From contig JAVECL010000197.1 in assembly GCA_051942245.1 (NCBI GenBank), positions 1 to 37,026 on the forward strand: DNA of 37,026 nucleotides, written 5' to 3'. Under the pieces are notes generated by a model. It was not told where the DNA came from, did no database searches, and was given only the letters and a program-made list of their open reading frames with translations. Each line of letters begins with the position of its first letter. The first letter of the stretch is position 1. A program made the translations under genes and the position numbers. The stretch is from Trypethelium eluteriae. Taxonomy: Eukaryota. Shown in pieces: positions 9,606-21,727 of this stretch.

Positions 9606-12600
9606 CTAAGGTCTGTGGTCTCTCGGCAGGTGAGGTCTGTCTGGCTTCAGTCAGCTTGCCATCAAAAACACGGGATACGGAAAGGCAGGTTCCCAAGTGC
9701 AGACCGCCATAATCTTTCAAGTTTTTGTGAAGCCGAATGCCATATTTTTGAGAGGGAAATCGTAAGTACCTTTGCGAAAGGTTTTGCTTTTCTTTTATTT
9801 TTCTTTGTGCCTGGGCGGACCGCCCACGCACGTCGGTGTTCAGCCACTCAGAGGCAGAGAACAATCGTAAAAACCACTGATAAGAAACAAAAGTGCCACA
9901 TTGTGCCTAGGTGACGTGCAAAAGTGAGCGGTTATATTCTTGAGAGCTTCTGCGCAACAGACCGATCTGATTGGAGGCCCCACGCTGTGGCATCAGCACG
10001 TACGATTTTCAGCTGAGTCTGCCTGTCTGCCTAGCGTCGTGTCACTGTGCGGGACTTAGCGACAGCATATTCATTGGATGCGCAGAGAGGCCTCAAGCGT
10101 CGGGCATGTAATGTGCAGCTGTGATCAGCTCTCTCACTGACTTATTCGATTTCGATTTCAAGGGGCCGGATGTACCTGCCAATCGATTTCCAACGGAGGC
10201 TCGGAAAATAGAATAATTCAGCTGAAACATCCATGCGCTTGAGGGCGGCTCTTTCAACCTATCAAAGAATCTTGTCATCCGATTTCAGTGATGAGTTTCG
10301 ATCATTTTCTGAGAGGCCCCTCATGATACCGTACCGCAGTGAACGCCCTCAATTACATTCCACATCCGGGCATGTAGAATCTGAGGCCAGGTCCACGAGC
10401 CTACCAAATGATGTAATTTCCAACGTGAACCGTACTGGAGCCTGCGTTTTCATGGAGAAAAGAGATATGTTGCATAGGATGACGCGAATCATTGCCACTG
10501 CATGTTCCGCGGATTGTCTAAAGCTCGGAGGAATGTTAAAGAGCGATGCCATATATAAGCATAGCTCTGCTTTCGTGTTTGAACGGACAGAAGCCTCATC
10601 TCAGAATGGAGAATCAGTCTGGACAGCAGCAACAGCAAGGAAATGCAGCTTCAGTATCAGCAAGAGATCCTGTGATGAGATATGATACAAGAACCCCGAG
10701 GAACATCACGAGCCATAACGAACCCGTTGTAAGAGGAGTCTACCAAGCCACAGCTCGGTCCTTTGGCGAGCAGAAGTCGTCTAATGAGATGACTACTGCG
10801 GAACCCCTGAATCAGTTATCACGCGGCCACGAAAACCGTTATTCAGTACCAGATCTTTCAGGAAGACCGCCCCTTATTGACACCGACCAGAGTACCGGTA
10901 TTTCCGACAAAGAAAAAGAGCTGATATCAAAAAGTACATTCATAACAGAACGAAGGCAAAGCCATGGGGAAGAGACAACTTACAAACGAAACCGAATAGG
11001 TACTTGTCTTCACTCAAATGTATTTCCAAGCCTAACAGATTCGCGAAACAGTAAAAGCGCCACTGTCGAGATCCAGGACTTACCATTCCGTTAAACGACC
11101 ATGGATGAGTGCGCCAGTAGACGAAACTTTGGCTTTGAGGCTGTCTGTCAATAAACAGAGCCATAGCTCTCCCATGAGTAGGTGGGAGCAGGAGGGTATT
11201 CGAGCACAGCCATGGAACAACATCGAGGGTTTTTATGTGGAATCAAATCGGAAGACAGTTCTTGAAAGCTTCAAGTGTTCAAATTTCAGGAATCATGACG
11301 ATGTTGAGGAGGGCGGGGGATGAAGGGATTTTGCGGATCATGTTTCATCTAAAACAATACTGATATCAGATCGTCCGAAATGATGTTGAATTATGTTCAG
11401 ACTTCTCAGCCCCGAGTAGAAATGGTAAATCTAATATCCCATCATATATGAGCTGGGTATATGAACACAGTTGATACTTTGGGATGGTGCTAGTGCTTTT
11501 ACAACCCACATCGCAGGTAAAGGAATGAAAGCAGATCCTGGTGGTCCGGGAGAGCTCGAAAGACGTGACTTTCGGTCCTACTTGGTCAGCCGCTGTGTAG
11601 ATTTCCCCGAGTTTTTTCTTGCCTAGACATCCAGATACCTGATAGACCTCTGCACAAACCTTCGATTGTACTTTCTAGATCGCTGACACTCGAGAAAGAG
11701 ACCATGAGATAGGGTAATTTGCATAAGTATGCTCCAGTTTCAATGATGCGGCAACGAGCAAAAGGATACAAATCTCAGTGCTGGCGAACATGCTCAGCTG
11801 CCGTGAATTAGCTGGAAGATCTCTCACTTTCGATCCCATGAATGCTCGTGTATTGCGAAGATGCGCTTCTTTGCACTTGTAGCCCCTTTGTAGACAAGTT
11901 GCAAGGCTACAATCTGATTGCGAGAGCAGTAGCGGTCACGTCCGTCGAAGTAAGCGAGTGATCCGTCGGCTGTACTAGTGGCTTAGAGTTCGGACAGCAT
12001 CGGCTAAATCCAACATTCTTGACGCTACTAAGCATGGAAACGCCGCCCCAGAGCTTCAATATCAGCATCAACCTGTCAGTGAAAGAAGCCTCTGCTCCCT
12101 TCATCTCATGCCGCGCCAATCTATGTGAAGGTATTGATAGTTGTTGCAATGCTCGAAAACCGCCAACTCATGGGGAAAGTCATATGAGAATTCACTGGGA
12201 CTATCTTGAAGTAGGCTTGACAGGTCGAGTGTCTTGGGACGTGTTTCAAATTGGCGGAATTCGAAAATAAGAGTCCATCCTTTGGTAAAGCGGATTCCCT
12301 CTGTCGACAGCTAATTTGGGATTCGATCCTAAATCGTCAAGACGCCTCGGTTTAGCTCCGAGCCGCACAGGCGGTGAATGGACTCCAAGTAACAGGAAGG
12401 AGCTTTGCTCCAGGTTACCGTGAGCAATCGCACAGTTTCACTCTTCCGAAAACTTTAGAGAATCGATGCCCAGTCTATTTGGATCCCAAACCCGAGCGCT
12501 CCATGGTAGGATTTCGCAGGAAGTGCCGTCTGCTTGAACACGAACCCTCGGATTGCTGCCAGGCACATTTCACAGTTTTCTGTATGAGCGCAACCGGAGC

Positions 12601-13297
12601 TTCAGAGCTCTTGAAGGTCATGGGCTCTTGCTCACCCGGTCGGCACCAATACGTTTTCGGAACCACTTGGAGCGAGTTTGGACACGATTTTCCTTGCGAC
12701 TCTTCCACGCGAAAATCTCAGAGAATCTCCGATCTTGTAAGCCTGTCACTGTCTTTGACCTGGATGATAGAATTGTTGGATGCAAGTGATCTCTGACATG
12801 AAGCCCGCGACTATCTTTCAGTAATATCGACATAACTGTCAATTCGTGTAAGCGATGTGAAGACGTTGCGAGGACATTTCTAGGGGATGATCTATCATCG
12901 GTAAGCTTGTGCTTAGATGGCCATGTGATTGGGGGTGTTAGGTTCTATCCTTGAGTTTCCTACCGAATACCGGAGTAGAGACGGGAAGTGTCTGAGCTGA
13001 GGCTCGGCAAAGTTCCCATTACAAACTTTATGTGTTTGTGACTTCAAAAGCGGCATATCACTGGGGGCTGTGAGACTGACAAAATGCAGATAAAGAAAAG
13101 CTCTGGCACTGAAGCTTAAGATCAGAGCTTCTACACGTATCGGAGTTAAGACGCGACTCAGACGCGCGATGACGTAACACTGCCCCGTTCGTGAAATTAA
13201 TTTCTTGAAACTTAGAATCTCCCGACAGTCTCCCCCAGGCGTCCATCTTGCCTTTGGGCAATCTCCCCACCTCTACCGTTGAACTCATTCATGCGGC

Positions 13298-13975
13298 ATG
13301 AGCAATCAATCCAACAATCGGTACATTTCTGCCTCCAGCTCTTCCTTGCGTTCCATGGATCTCCCCGGAGTCACGTTCATGACTAATCATTGTCCAGTTG
13401 GCGAGAAGGCCGCCCCCAAAGCCTCAACGCGCCTCCTCCCCAGCAGCATCAGCGCCAACAGCAGCATCAGGCGCCTAGCCACGCGCAGACTGATCGGGCG
13501 AATGCCACTGCTTCACCTCGTCCCGGCTCCCAGAGCCAGAGCCGCCATACTCCCTCCGCATCGCAGGGTCGCGCACCCTTGGCAAGTCAGGCCGGCAATA
13601 CGACGAGTACGGGTAACGCGTGGGGTGCAGAAGGAGGAGATAAGGGGCGTGCAGCGGTGATGAGTGTGTCAGGGGAAGATAAAGCGAAGGTGCTGGGCAC
13701 TGGGAAGGAGTTTAATGGTGATGAGGTGAGGAGCTTTTTGAGGAGAGGTGCGTTTTCCCAAGCCTTAAAGCATCGATACCGGAGTTATCCGGCTTCAGTG
13801 AGAAGAGCTTCTTAGCATGCGTGGATGCTAAGATGTTATAGATGTGGTACCCGAGGGCGTCGAGATGAAGAAAGGAGCAGCTTCATCGGCCAGGTCTGGC
13901 CTAATGGGGAACGGACAGGATTTCTGGACAGTCTTGCGAAAGCAGGTCACGGATCTGGAGCAGGGCAAACGCTGA
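13298..13975 (+). CDS. Small hypothetical protein; exons 13298-13320, 13398-13747, 13842-13975
   Basis: Introns GTACAT..CTAAT..CAG and GTGCGT..CTAAG..TAG give a continuous frame MSNQSNNRWREGRPQ...FNGDEVRSFLRRD...MGNGQDFWTVLRKQVTDLEQGKR*. Confidence 0.75.
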
Positions 13976-14526
13976 GCACATAGTCTCTGCATAAAGCCTC
14001 CCCGAAGATGGAGAAGCTATAAGCTCCCAAAACGGCCTTGGTGGCTTCGTGGAATTTGGTACACAATGGCTGGTGGGTAGTGGCGTGTGTGTGCCACCTG
14101 ACGTCGACTTCAGCTACGAATGGGCCGACTAACGTTTGCAGACATGCGAAAGCAACAGCAAATGTATAGCGGCAGAGCCATGCTTCCTACAAGCATAAAT
14201 ATTATGTCGAACACATAAATCGAAAGACGGTGTGTCTATTGGTTCATCAACCCACATTACTGAGTAGCAACCCATGTAGATGTTTACACCATATCAAATT
14301 ATGATTAATTACTGTTATACTCGGTGCATCCTATGAGCCTCCTGACGTTCTGATAGTGACTTATAGGATGATAAAAGAGATAAGAGACATCATGCCTGGT
14401 CCTAACAGCATGCCTCCGACTCTCCTAACGAGTCGGAGAAACCCCCCAAATTATCATCCAATGGGGATGGGAAGGTCATTGACTCTGGCTGAGATCCACC
14501 GAAAGGAGCCACAGTTCAGCTGATGC

Positions 14527-16100
14527 TCATGTGGGGTTCCGACCAGTAGCCGATTCGCTCGTAGTCGAAGTAGACCTAACGGGAGGCGGGCTCGTAGTCG
14601 AATCCTTAGTAGCCGAGGAGGTGCTTGCAGTCAAGCTCGAGTTGGCGGACGTCGAGCTCGTAGTCGAATCCTTAGTAGCCGAGGATGTGCTTGTAGTTGA
14701 ATCGTTAGGAGCCGGGGATGTGCTGGTAGACACGCTCGAGCTGGTGGATGTCGAGCTCGTAGTTGAATCCTTAGTGGCCGGGGATGTGCTTGCAGTCGAA
14801 TCCTTAGGAGCCGGGGATGTGCTGGTAGTCGAATCCTTAGTAGCCGGAGATGTGCTCGTAGTCGAATGCTTAGCAGCCGGGGATGTGCTTGTAGACAAGC
14901 TCGAGCTGGCGGACGTCGAGCTTGTAGTCGAATGCTTAGCAGTCGAGGGTGTGCTTGTAGACAAACTCGAGCTGGCGGACGTCGAGCTCGTAGTCGAATG
15001 CTTAGCAGCCGAGGATGTGCTTGTAGACAAGCTCGAGCTGGCGGATGTCGAGCTCGTCGCAGTCCCTTCATCCGTCCATATCTGTGTCCAAGCCGGCAAC
15101 GTGGTCTCAAGAGTCGTCAAAGAAGTATTTGTAATGACTTGTGATAGGGTCACCGGAGAGTCGACAGTGTCAGTGACTGTGGAGATATCATTTTCAGGAA
15201 ATGATTCCTCGGGTGCAGCTGCTTTCGGACCCGTAGTCGTACCCGGGGGTGATTGTGAGACAGGCAATGAGCTGTTTTGTGAGGCTGCTAGAACCGTCCA
15301 AACTCGAGTTGAGGTTGCCATTGCGGTCTCGTTTGTCTTCGTGAAGAGAATCGTCGATACCTCTGAGACAGTCACTGGCGGCTCAAGAGTATCTACAGTA
15401 GGAGAACCAGACGTCTGTGCGAGGGAGAGGCCTGTGATGATGGCTGGGTTAGATGTCGGACATCTTCCGCTTGTCGTGGGAAGCGCAGTAGTTATCGTGC
15501 CGTCGGAACAGTCGCAGGAGGATGTTTTGCCTTTACTCAGAGTCCTAGATCGATCGATTAATTTCAGGTATCTTAAGAACGGGCGGGCAGTAGAGACCTA
15601 GTCTTGCATTCCCAAGGCAGCACGGTATTAGCATTCCAAGTCATCGTCGTTTCGGTTGGTGAAGTGGCTAAAGTGCTTGAGGAATTCCTGCCGGTGTTAG
15701 ATGAGGCTTTTGCGTGGCCTGCTGTCGCCCTCGAGCTGCCAGACGCCGAAGGCGCGGAGAATGGAGAATGGGGCATCGAATTGGTGTGTACTAAGGTAGA
15801 TGACTTGACTGAGGAAGTTGTTGATGCAATATGCTCACATTCGGGTGGTAGCAGAGGGCCAACTCCTCCGTCGATTGGACGTGAAGGGTGTGTACTAAGG
15901 CAATCGGTGCTTAGAGGAGTTGTGATAGATTCATTTGAGGCTGTGGGTTCCTCCTTTGGCAAATGCCCAGTGAATGAAGTCAAGAAGCTTGACATTGATG
16001 GGGGACCCAGGTGAGCACTGGAATTCGTTATGGCATGATCCTCAGCGAGAACACTATTCCCATGCAGCAATACAAGAAGAGTAGCAATGAAGATAGCCAT
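14527..16100 (-). CDS. Secreted Ser/Thr-rich mucin-like protein with a modular tandem repeat; probable exons 16100-15598 and 15544-14527
   Basis: Signal peptide MAIFIATLLVLLHGNSVLA at ATG 16100. The two ORFs join through a 53 nt intron (weak donor GTCTCT) or a single frameshift, giving WECKTR-TLSKGKTSSCDCSDG. No GPI-like tail. Confidence 0.65.
14596..15057 (-). repeat. Coding minisatellite: 14 x 33 bp modules of two types
   Basis: A = TSSTSASSSLS, B = TSTSxAxK(D/H)ST; order ABABABBBBABBAB. 66 bp periodicity is visible at 14885, 14951 and 15017. Confidence 0.92.
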
Positions 16101-16975
16101 TCGAGAGCTGAGTATTGATATCGGATACATCATAAGGTGATAGTTGTGTTCTTTGGGTGGGAAAAGTTGGAATGACATCGACGAAGGGCAATGCCAATAC
16201 CAAAAGTATCACAAAGAGGACTTCTATCGGAATTCTGAGAAAGAGAAAGGGTGGGATTTGATCACCTCTTATGGACCGCAGAGGCTGACCCGAACCATAA
16301 TCACTGTAGATGTAAATTGCGACCTGGTGCAAGAAATCTTCCATAGTGATGTGTGACTCCTTTCTTCTGCCATTAGTAGCCCAGATCAAAATCCCAACGG
16401 CTCTCCGAGCACAACTATAAAGTTATCCGCAATTTGATGAAATCTCTATCCACACGTTGATCCTGGAAATTGAGAAGCGAGAAGTTCAGTCATATAAAAT
16501 GTGAATACGGAACAGATATCGTGTTTTGAGAAATGACCGGAAATTCACCTAAGGGCTGCCTGTCGATCGCAGCCAATTCTCTGGCGCAGGTCTCGAAGCG
16601 CATCATCAGCAGTCTGTAAGATTGCGGTTGCCTGCATCCATAGATTTGATGTTAATTTGGAACAAGTAGTTTTCCCCTGTTCAGTGTGGCGGAAGATTGT
16701 GACACACAAAAGCTTCCGAGATTGAGGCCGTTGGATGTCGTACGTTCGTGTCAATATGATTTTGAACCTATAATGAGCCACACCAGAGCGGGTGACGTTC
16801 AGCCGTGTGGGGATTGATGCCTACGATAATGAATTGAATCCTTAACGCGCAGCGGTCATCTTGGAATGTCACTAAATGTGGCTCGGGAAGATATGAATTA
16901 GCATGTAGAGTCATGGATTCCTTCGTAATTCGTTTCACTATAGCACAATTCGCATGACGCATATGGATACCAGTG

Positions 16976-18934
16976 TCATGATACTTCTTGCTCAGTTGCC
17001 CGCCCATTATCGCTTGGTATCTCACCATTAAGATGTCCCTCATCTTCTTTAACTAAGTCTACCCCTGCTCGATTTCCTCGAACCGCAATCCACAATGTGC
17101 AGATGCTAGCGACTATGAACAAAATTGAGTTGAAGATCGCCATCATGACGAAAGGCGCTCCGTGGCCGGTTTCGTCAAACAAAGCACCTCCAAGCTTTGT
17201 AAGTAAGAGAATGCCAGCACCACCCGCAAAAGAATAAACTCCAGCAATGGAGCCTTTGAGGATACTGCGTGAGGGGTTTGTGGAAGTCGGGGACGAATGG
17301 CTGGATAAAAGAGGCGCGGATTCGTTATAGTTCCCATCAGTGCCTGCATGTGTTGCTGGGGAAGACTCTGCATGTGGATCGCGGAGGGGAGGCTCAGCCT
17401 GTTGAGGTCGACGTCGTGAGACTGGATCAATGTCCGTGCCGTCAGGAGCTTGACCACTGGGCTCTCTGCTAACTCTGGAGACCGTAGAGCCCGAAAAGGA
17501 GACTTCGTGAAAGTGCTGTTGGAAGCCGCTCTCCTTTTGGATTCCTCGGGCAAGTAGACCAAGACTACACACAATAGCACCAATCTGGCTAACGCCCATG
17601 AGAGCGACGAAGAAGTACACAGCACTACTGCCAGCTTCGCTGCGTGGATCTAAGCTCGAAAGGGTTGCGAAAGCAGTATAACCAATGACACCAGCCGCAG
17701 CCGACGTAAGCAACGGAATATTAAAACGAGGATAGCGTCCTGAAAAGTAGCCGAAGAGTGGCGCAGAGATGAGTGCTACAAGCTGAGATGTTCCGGTCAG
17801 TGTGGCCGCAAGTATGTATGCACGCCGACAAGAATCCTTAATGTCAGAAAGATCAGAGGAGTTCAAGTCAGTCGGCTCATCATCACAGGCTCCAATTGAG
17901 AGGAAATACGCGTTGGTAGCGAGCGGAATGAAAGTAGAGATTCCGACAGAGCTAGCTCGTGCCACAAAGCCTCCAAGATAACCAAGTCCAATGTCTACAT
18001 CTTGGATCCCCAGAGAAAGCGCGGATAAAAGCAGACGATGGTAGGGAACGCTTTTTGTGCGTGTGGCTTGACTAGATGGCTCCATTTCGTTCTCAACGGA
18101 TCTTCTTCTGTATGATCTGAAGGTTGCACGCAAACCTTTCTCATCCTCACCGGGAAGATTGCGTAGACCAAAGAGGCAGACGAAAGCAACGAGAAAAGCA
18201 ATGGTACCAACAACATAATAGCTTTTCGCCACAGATTCTGCTCGGGACGCACCACCATTCTGGAAGCGCGTTGGAAGAGGCAGGAAGAACCCCAAGGCCA
18301 GCAGAGCTCCGAGACCGGTGAACATGCCAACTAATCCAGCCAATTGGGAATTTGAAGATGAGGGAATCTTGCGAGTTGCTGTACTACGATGCGTCTGAGA
18401 CGCTGGAGATGATGACCGGAACCTGGCAGGCGTAATGGTAAGCTCGGAGGAGATAGAAGGAGCAACGATATGGTTGCTTCCGAATGGGCCCACTCGATGT
18501 GTAGACCCGCATCTTTGATCCGAGTTTGGATGGGTCATTGTGGGTAAAATGGCAGTGACCATAGTGGAGGTTGCAGCGCCGCCCAGACTGAAAAATAGCC
18601 TGGCCAGGAGCAATTGAGGGTAGAGGTTCTTCGCTTGAACGAACAAGAACAAAGACAAGCCCACAATAGTATAGCCTATGACTGCCACAGTCCGTACGCC
18701 AACTCGATCAGAGATAATTCCCCATGCTGGACAAGCAACAAGCGCGACCAGCTCGTCCGCGAAACCTAGGGTCCCAACTGCATCTCCGACTCTTGAACGA
18801 CGACCAAGAAGATCTGTAATGACCCATGAGACGGAGCTAGTGAGGAAGACCAGGAAACTGATGGAGAATAGGGCAACTCCGAATAGATAGGTCAGCACCT
18901 GCCATCGATTGGCCGTGAACGGAAAACGAAGCAT
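16976..18934 (-). CDS. Major facilitator superfamily transporter, intronless
   Basis: About 12 hydrophobic segments; MFS motif A-like WGIISDRVGVRTV and LLLARLFFSLG. First ATG is at 18934 (MLRFPF...); the ORF-track start at 18961 is TTG. Confidence 0.88.
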   Translation of the reverse strand: MLRFPFTANRWQVLTYLFGVALFSISFLVFLTSSVSWVITDLLGRRSRVGDAVGTLGFADELVALVACPAWGIISDRVGVRTVAVIGYTIVGLSLFLFVQAKNLYPQLLLARLFFSLGGAATSTMVTAILPTMTHPNSDQRCGSTHRVGPFGSNHIVAPSISSELTITPARFRSSSPASQTHRSTATRKIPSSSNSQLAGLVGMFTGLGALLALGFFLPLPTRFQNGGASRAESVAKSYYVVGTIAFLVAFVCLFGLRNLPGEDEKGLRATFRSYRRRSVENEMEPSSQATRTKSVPYHRLLLSALSLGIQDVDIGLGYLGGFVARASSVGISTFIPLATNAYFLSIGACDDEPTDLNSSDLSDIKDSCRRAYILAATLTGTSQLVALISAPLFGYFSGRYPRFNIPLLTSAAAGVIGYTAFATLSSLDPRSEAGSSAVYFFVALMGVSQIGAIVCSLGLLARGIQKESGFQQHFHEVSFSGSTVSRVSREPSGQAPDGTDIDPVSRRRPQQAEPPLRDPHAESSPATHAGTDGNYNESAPLLSSHSSPTSTNPSRSILKGSIAGVYSFAGGAGILLLTKLGGALFDETGHGAPFVMMAIFNSILFIVASICTLWIAVRGNRAGVDLVKEDEGHLNGEIPSDNGRATEQEVS

Positions 18935-19084
18935 CTTGTAAGAAGTATGAATATGGCTCAACCAGGCTGTTCGAAGGGCATTGTTATCGCACTGCCGGGG
19001 TGACGGCGGTTTGTGTTGCGGAGAGAAGGGAAGACTGAAGAATGTTTGGTGGCGATGATTCGTGACCTCGGACCAAATCGAGTT

Positions 19085-19112
19085 GTCGCGTGGAGGACGC
19101 CAGGAACGCGAC
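19085..19112. promoter_or_regulatory. Inverted pair of CGCG-core (MCB-like) elements in the MFS/POB3 divergent promoter
   Basis: GTCGCGT (19085-19091) and ACGCGAC (19106-19112) are reverse complements, about 200 bp upstream of POB3. Confidence 0.3.
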
Positions 19113-19313
19113 TGCAGCCGAAAATCGCTCAGAACTACTAACGGAGTACCACCTCATTCAGTCCACGCTGCCCGCTCAGCGTCCACACATTCCGAGTGTT
19201 CACAGAGAGTGATCCACAAAGCGATTCACAGCAGGCGCACAAGGCTACAGCTTCCGCTCGTATTCACTGCTTGCTGTGATTTCCTTTGAACACTGCACTT
19301 TTATTACCCGACT

Positions 19314-21294
19314 ATGTGAGCCCCTCCTTCTCTTGTCGCGCTTACCTTTACTCCAAAAAGATATCCACGCAATGGAGGAGCTCAAATCTAATGAGGTGGT
19401 TAGGGAGAGCTTTGACAATATCTACCTCGACCTATCGAAGCAGAGCGGCAAATGTCGATTCGCAGATTCTGGCTTGGGCTGGAAACCTTCTGGTGGCGGA
19501 GATACCTTCACATTAGACGGCAGTAACATAGGATCCGCACAGTGGAGTCGCGCAGCTAGAGGATTCGAGCTGAAGGTATTAACACGAAGCGGGGGAACAA
19601 CTGAAATCATTCAACTCGATGGATTTCAGCAGGAAGTTAGGGTCGTCCTACTTGACGAATGGACCTCTCGCTAACTAAGCTAGGACTTTGATCGCATCAG
19701 TAAAGCTTTCAAGCTATGGTACTCCGTCAATCTCGAAACTCGAGAACACAACCTTCGAGGATGGAACTGGGGGAAGACGGATTTTGGCAAAGCAGAGCTT
19801 TCTTTCAACGTACAAAATCGGCCAGCTTTCGAAATACCTTACACCGAAATTTCAAACACAAACCTCGCAGGCAAGAACGAAGTCGCTGTCGAGTTTTCTC
19901 TTCCTGCTGATGGCGAAGATACTGGGACAAACGGACACCTCGGTGGGGCGCGAGCGCGTGGCAAGAAGACAGGAGCTGCAAGAGATCAGCTCGTGGAAAT
20001 GCGCTTCTACATCCCGGGAGTGGCAACTGTAAAGGAAAAGAAGTCGAAAAGAGAAGAGGACGGCGAAAATGGAGAGGCCGAGGAGGATGGAGAAGACGTG
20101 GAAGAAGAGACGAACGCAGCAAACATGTTCTATGACACGCTCATGGAACGGGCAGAAATTGGCGATGTTGCTGGTGACACTGTCGCCACTTTCTTAGATG
20201 TGTTACATTTGACCCCAAGGTCAGTTGCGCTACCGCCGAGTCAATGATTATAAGCTAATGTTTTAATAGAGGACGCTTCGATATCGACATGTACGAAAAG
20301 TCCTTCCGGTTACGTGGGAAAACATACGACTACAAGATTCAATACGAGTCAATGAAAAAATTCATGCTTCTCCCGAAACCGGACGATATGCACTACTTGA
20401 TCACTATCGGGCTGGATCCTCCACTTCGACAGGGTCAAACGCGATATCCTTTCCTGGTGATGCAATTCAAAAAGGATGAAGAGGTTAACCTTGACTTGAA
20501 CATGACTGAAGAGGACCTACAGAAGAAGTATGCGAACAAACTTCAGGCTAATTATGAGGCACCGATTTCCACCGTCATCGCACAAATATTTCGCGGCCTG
20601 TCAGGGAAGAAGATTATCACTCCGTCAAGAGACTTCAGCAGTCATCATCAGCAATCTGGAGTTAAGTGCTCCATCAAGGCTAATGAAGGCCATCTCTTCT
20701 GCCTGGACAAGAGCTTCATGTTTGTGCCGAAACCAGCTACATACCTTTCCCTGGACCAGATTCAGAGCATCACTATGTCACGCGTCGGCGGTGCCATTTC
20801 TGCAAGTCGGACGTTCGATATCACGGTTACCATGAAGGGCGGCGCTGGTGAGCATCAATTCAGCAATATCAACCGAGAGGAGCAGCAGCCTCTTGAAGAA
20901 TTTTTCCGAGCCAAGAACCTCAAATTTAAGAATGAAATGGCAGACGATGTAAGTGCATACGAATACTCCCCAAACATGGTCCTATTCTGCATTCTTATCA
21001 ACCCCACAGTCATCTGCACTCATTGCTCAAGCGCTCAAGGATGGCGACCTTGCCAGTAGTGACGACGAAGCGGCCGGGGTTAGAGGTAGTGCCTCTGACG
21101 ATGACGAAGAAATTGACGAAGACTTCCAGGAGGAGTCTGAGTCTGAGGTGGGCGAGGAGTTTGATTCGGCGCACGAAAGCAGCGGATCGGGGAGTGATGA
21201 GGAGATGGCAGACGCGGATGGCGATGAGGATGGTGACGCTGATACGGCCGAAGTAGCGGAGAGGCCAAAGAAGAAGGCCAAAACTGAGAAGTGA
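19314..21294 (+). CDS. POB3: FACT complex subunit Pob3/SSRP1; exons 19314-19315, 19404-19635, 19684-20219, 20270-20948, 21010-21294
   Basis: MESFDNIYLDLSK..., LRGWNWGK, LVEMRFYIPG, LTPRGRFDIDMY, LDPPLRQGQTRYPF, HQFSNINREE and an acidic C-tail with KKKAK NLS. All introns are GT-AG. Confidence 0.97.
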
Positions 21295-21727
21295 CGGAAG
21301 AAACCGTGGTAATGTCGGTAGTGGGTAGTGATGGTGTGACTTCGAATAGCTGGTAGCTATTTTTCCACCAGGCATCGACATGGTTGCATGCGGAACGGCA
21401 CGGCGTTTTGGGCAGCAGATCCCTAGCTACACTCCAATTGGAGCACGGAACTATGTAGGTTTAGAAATGATTGTAACTTTGGCATAAACTTAAACGCCTC
21501 CTCGGTACCCCTGCGCTGGCACACGCCCCTGTCGCGAGAACCTTGGTGGGCATCAATGATCCCCCACCATTTTCAAGCGTTTTCCGTGCGGCCGATCTCT
21601 ACAGGTATTAGTCCCAAGCTCTCGCCCGGAACAACGCAACCTCACCCCAAAATGCGCATAATGTGGTGTTCCTCTTCCCTCGGTCGTAGCTCGAGCCTTC
21701 GGTAGCAGCGCGCGCACTCTGACGGCC

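Noticed and set aside
9760..9830. bZIP-like basic stretch (AQRKIKEKQNLSQRYLR) on the minus strand
   Set aside because: No proper NxxAQxxxR register followed by a leucine zipper.
14414..14438. Helitron 3' end hairpin
   Set aside because: No CTRR terminus followed by T at the expected distance, and no Rep/helicase relic.
14531..16014. 356 aa and 136 aa plus-strand Val/Glu/Leu-rich ORFs
   Set aside because: Antisense mirrors of Ser/Thr codons; the signal peptide is on the minus strand.
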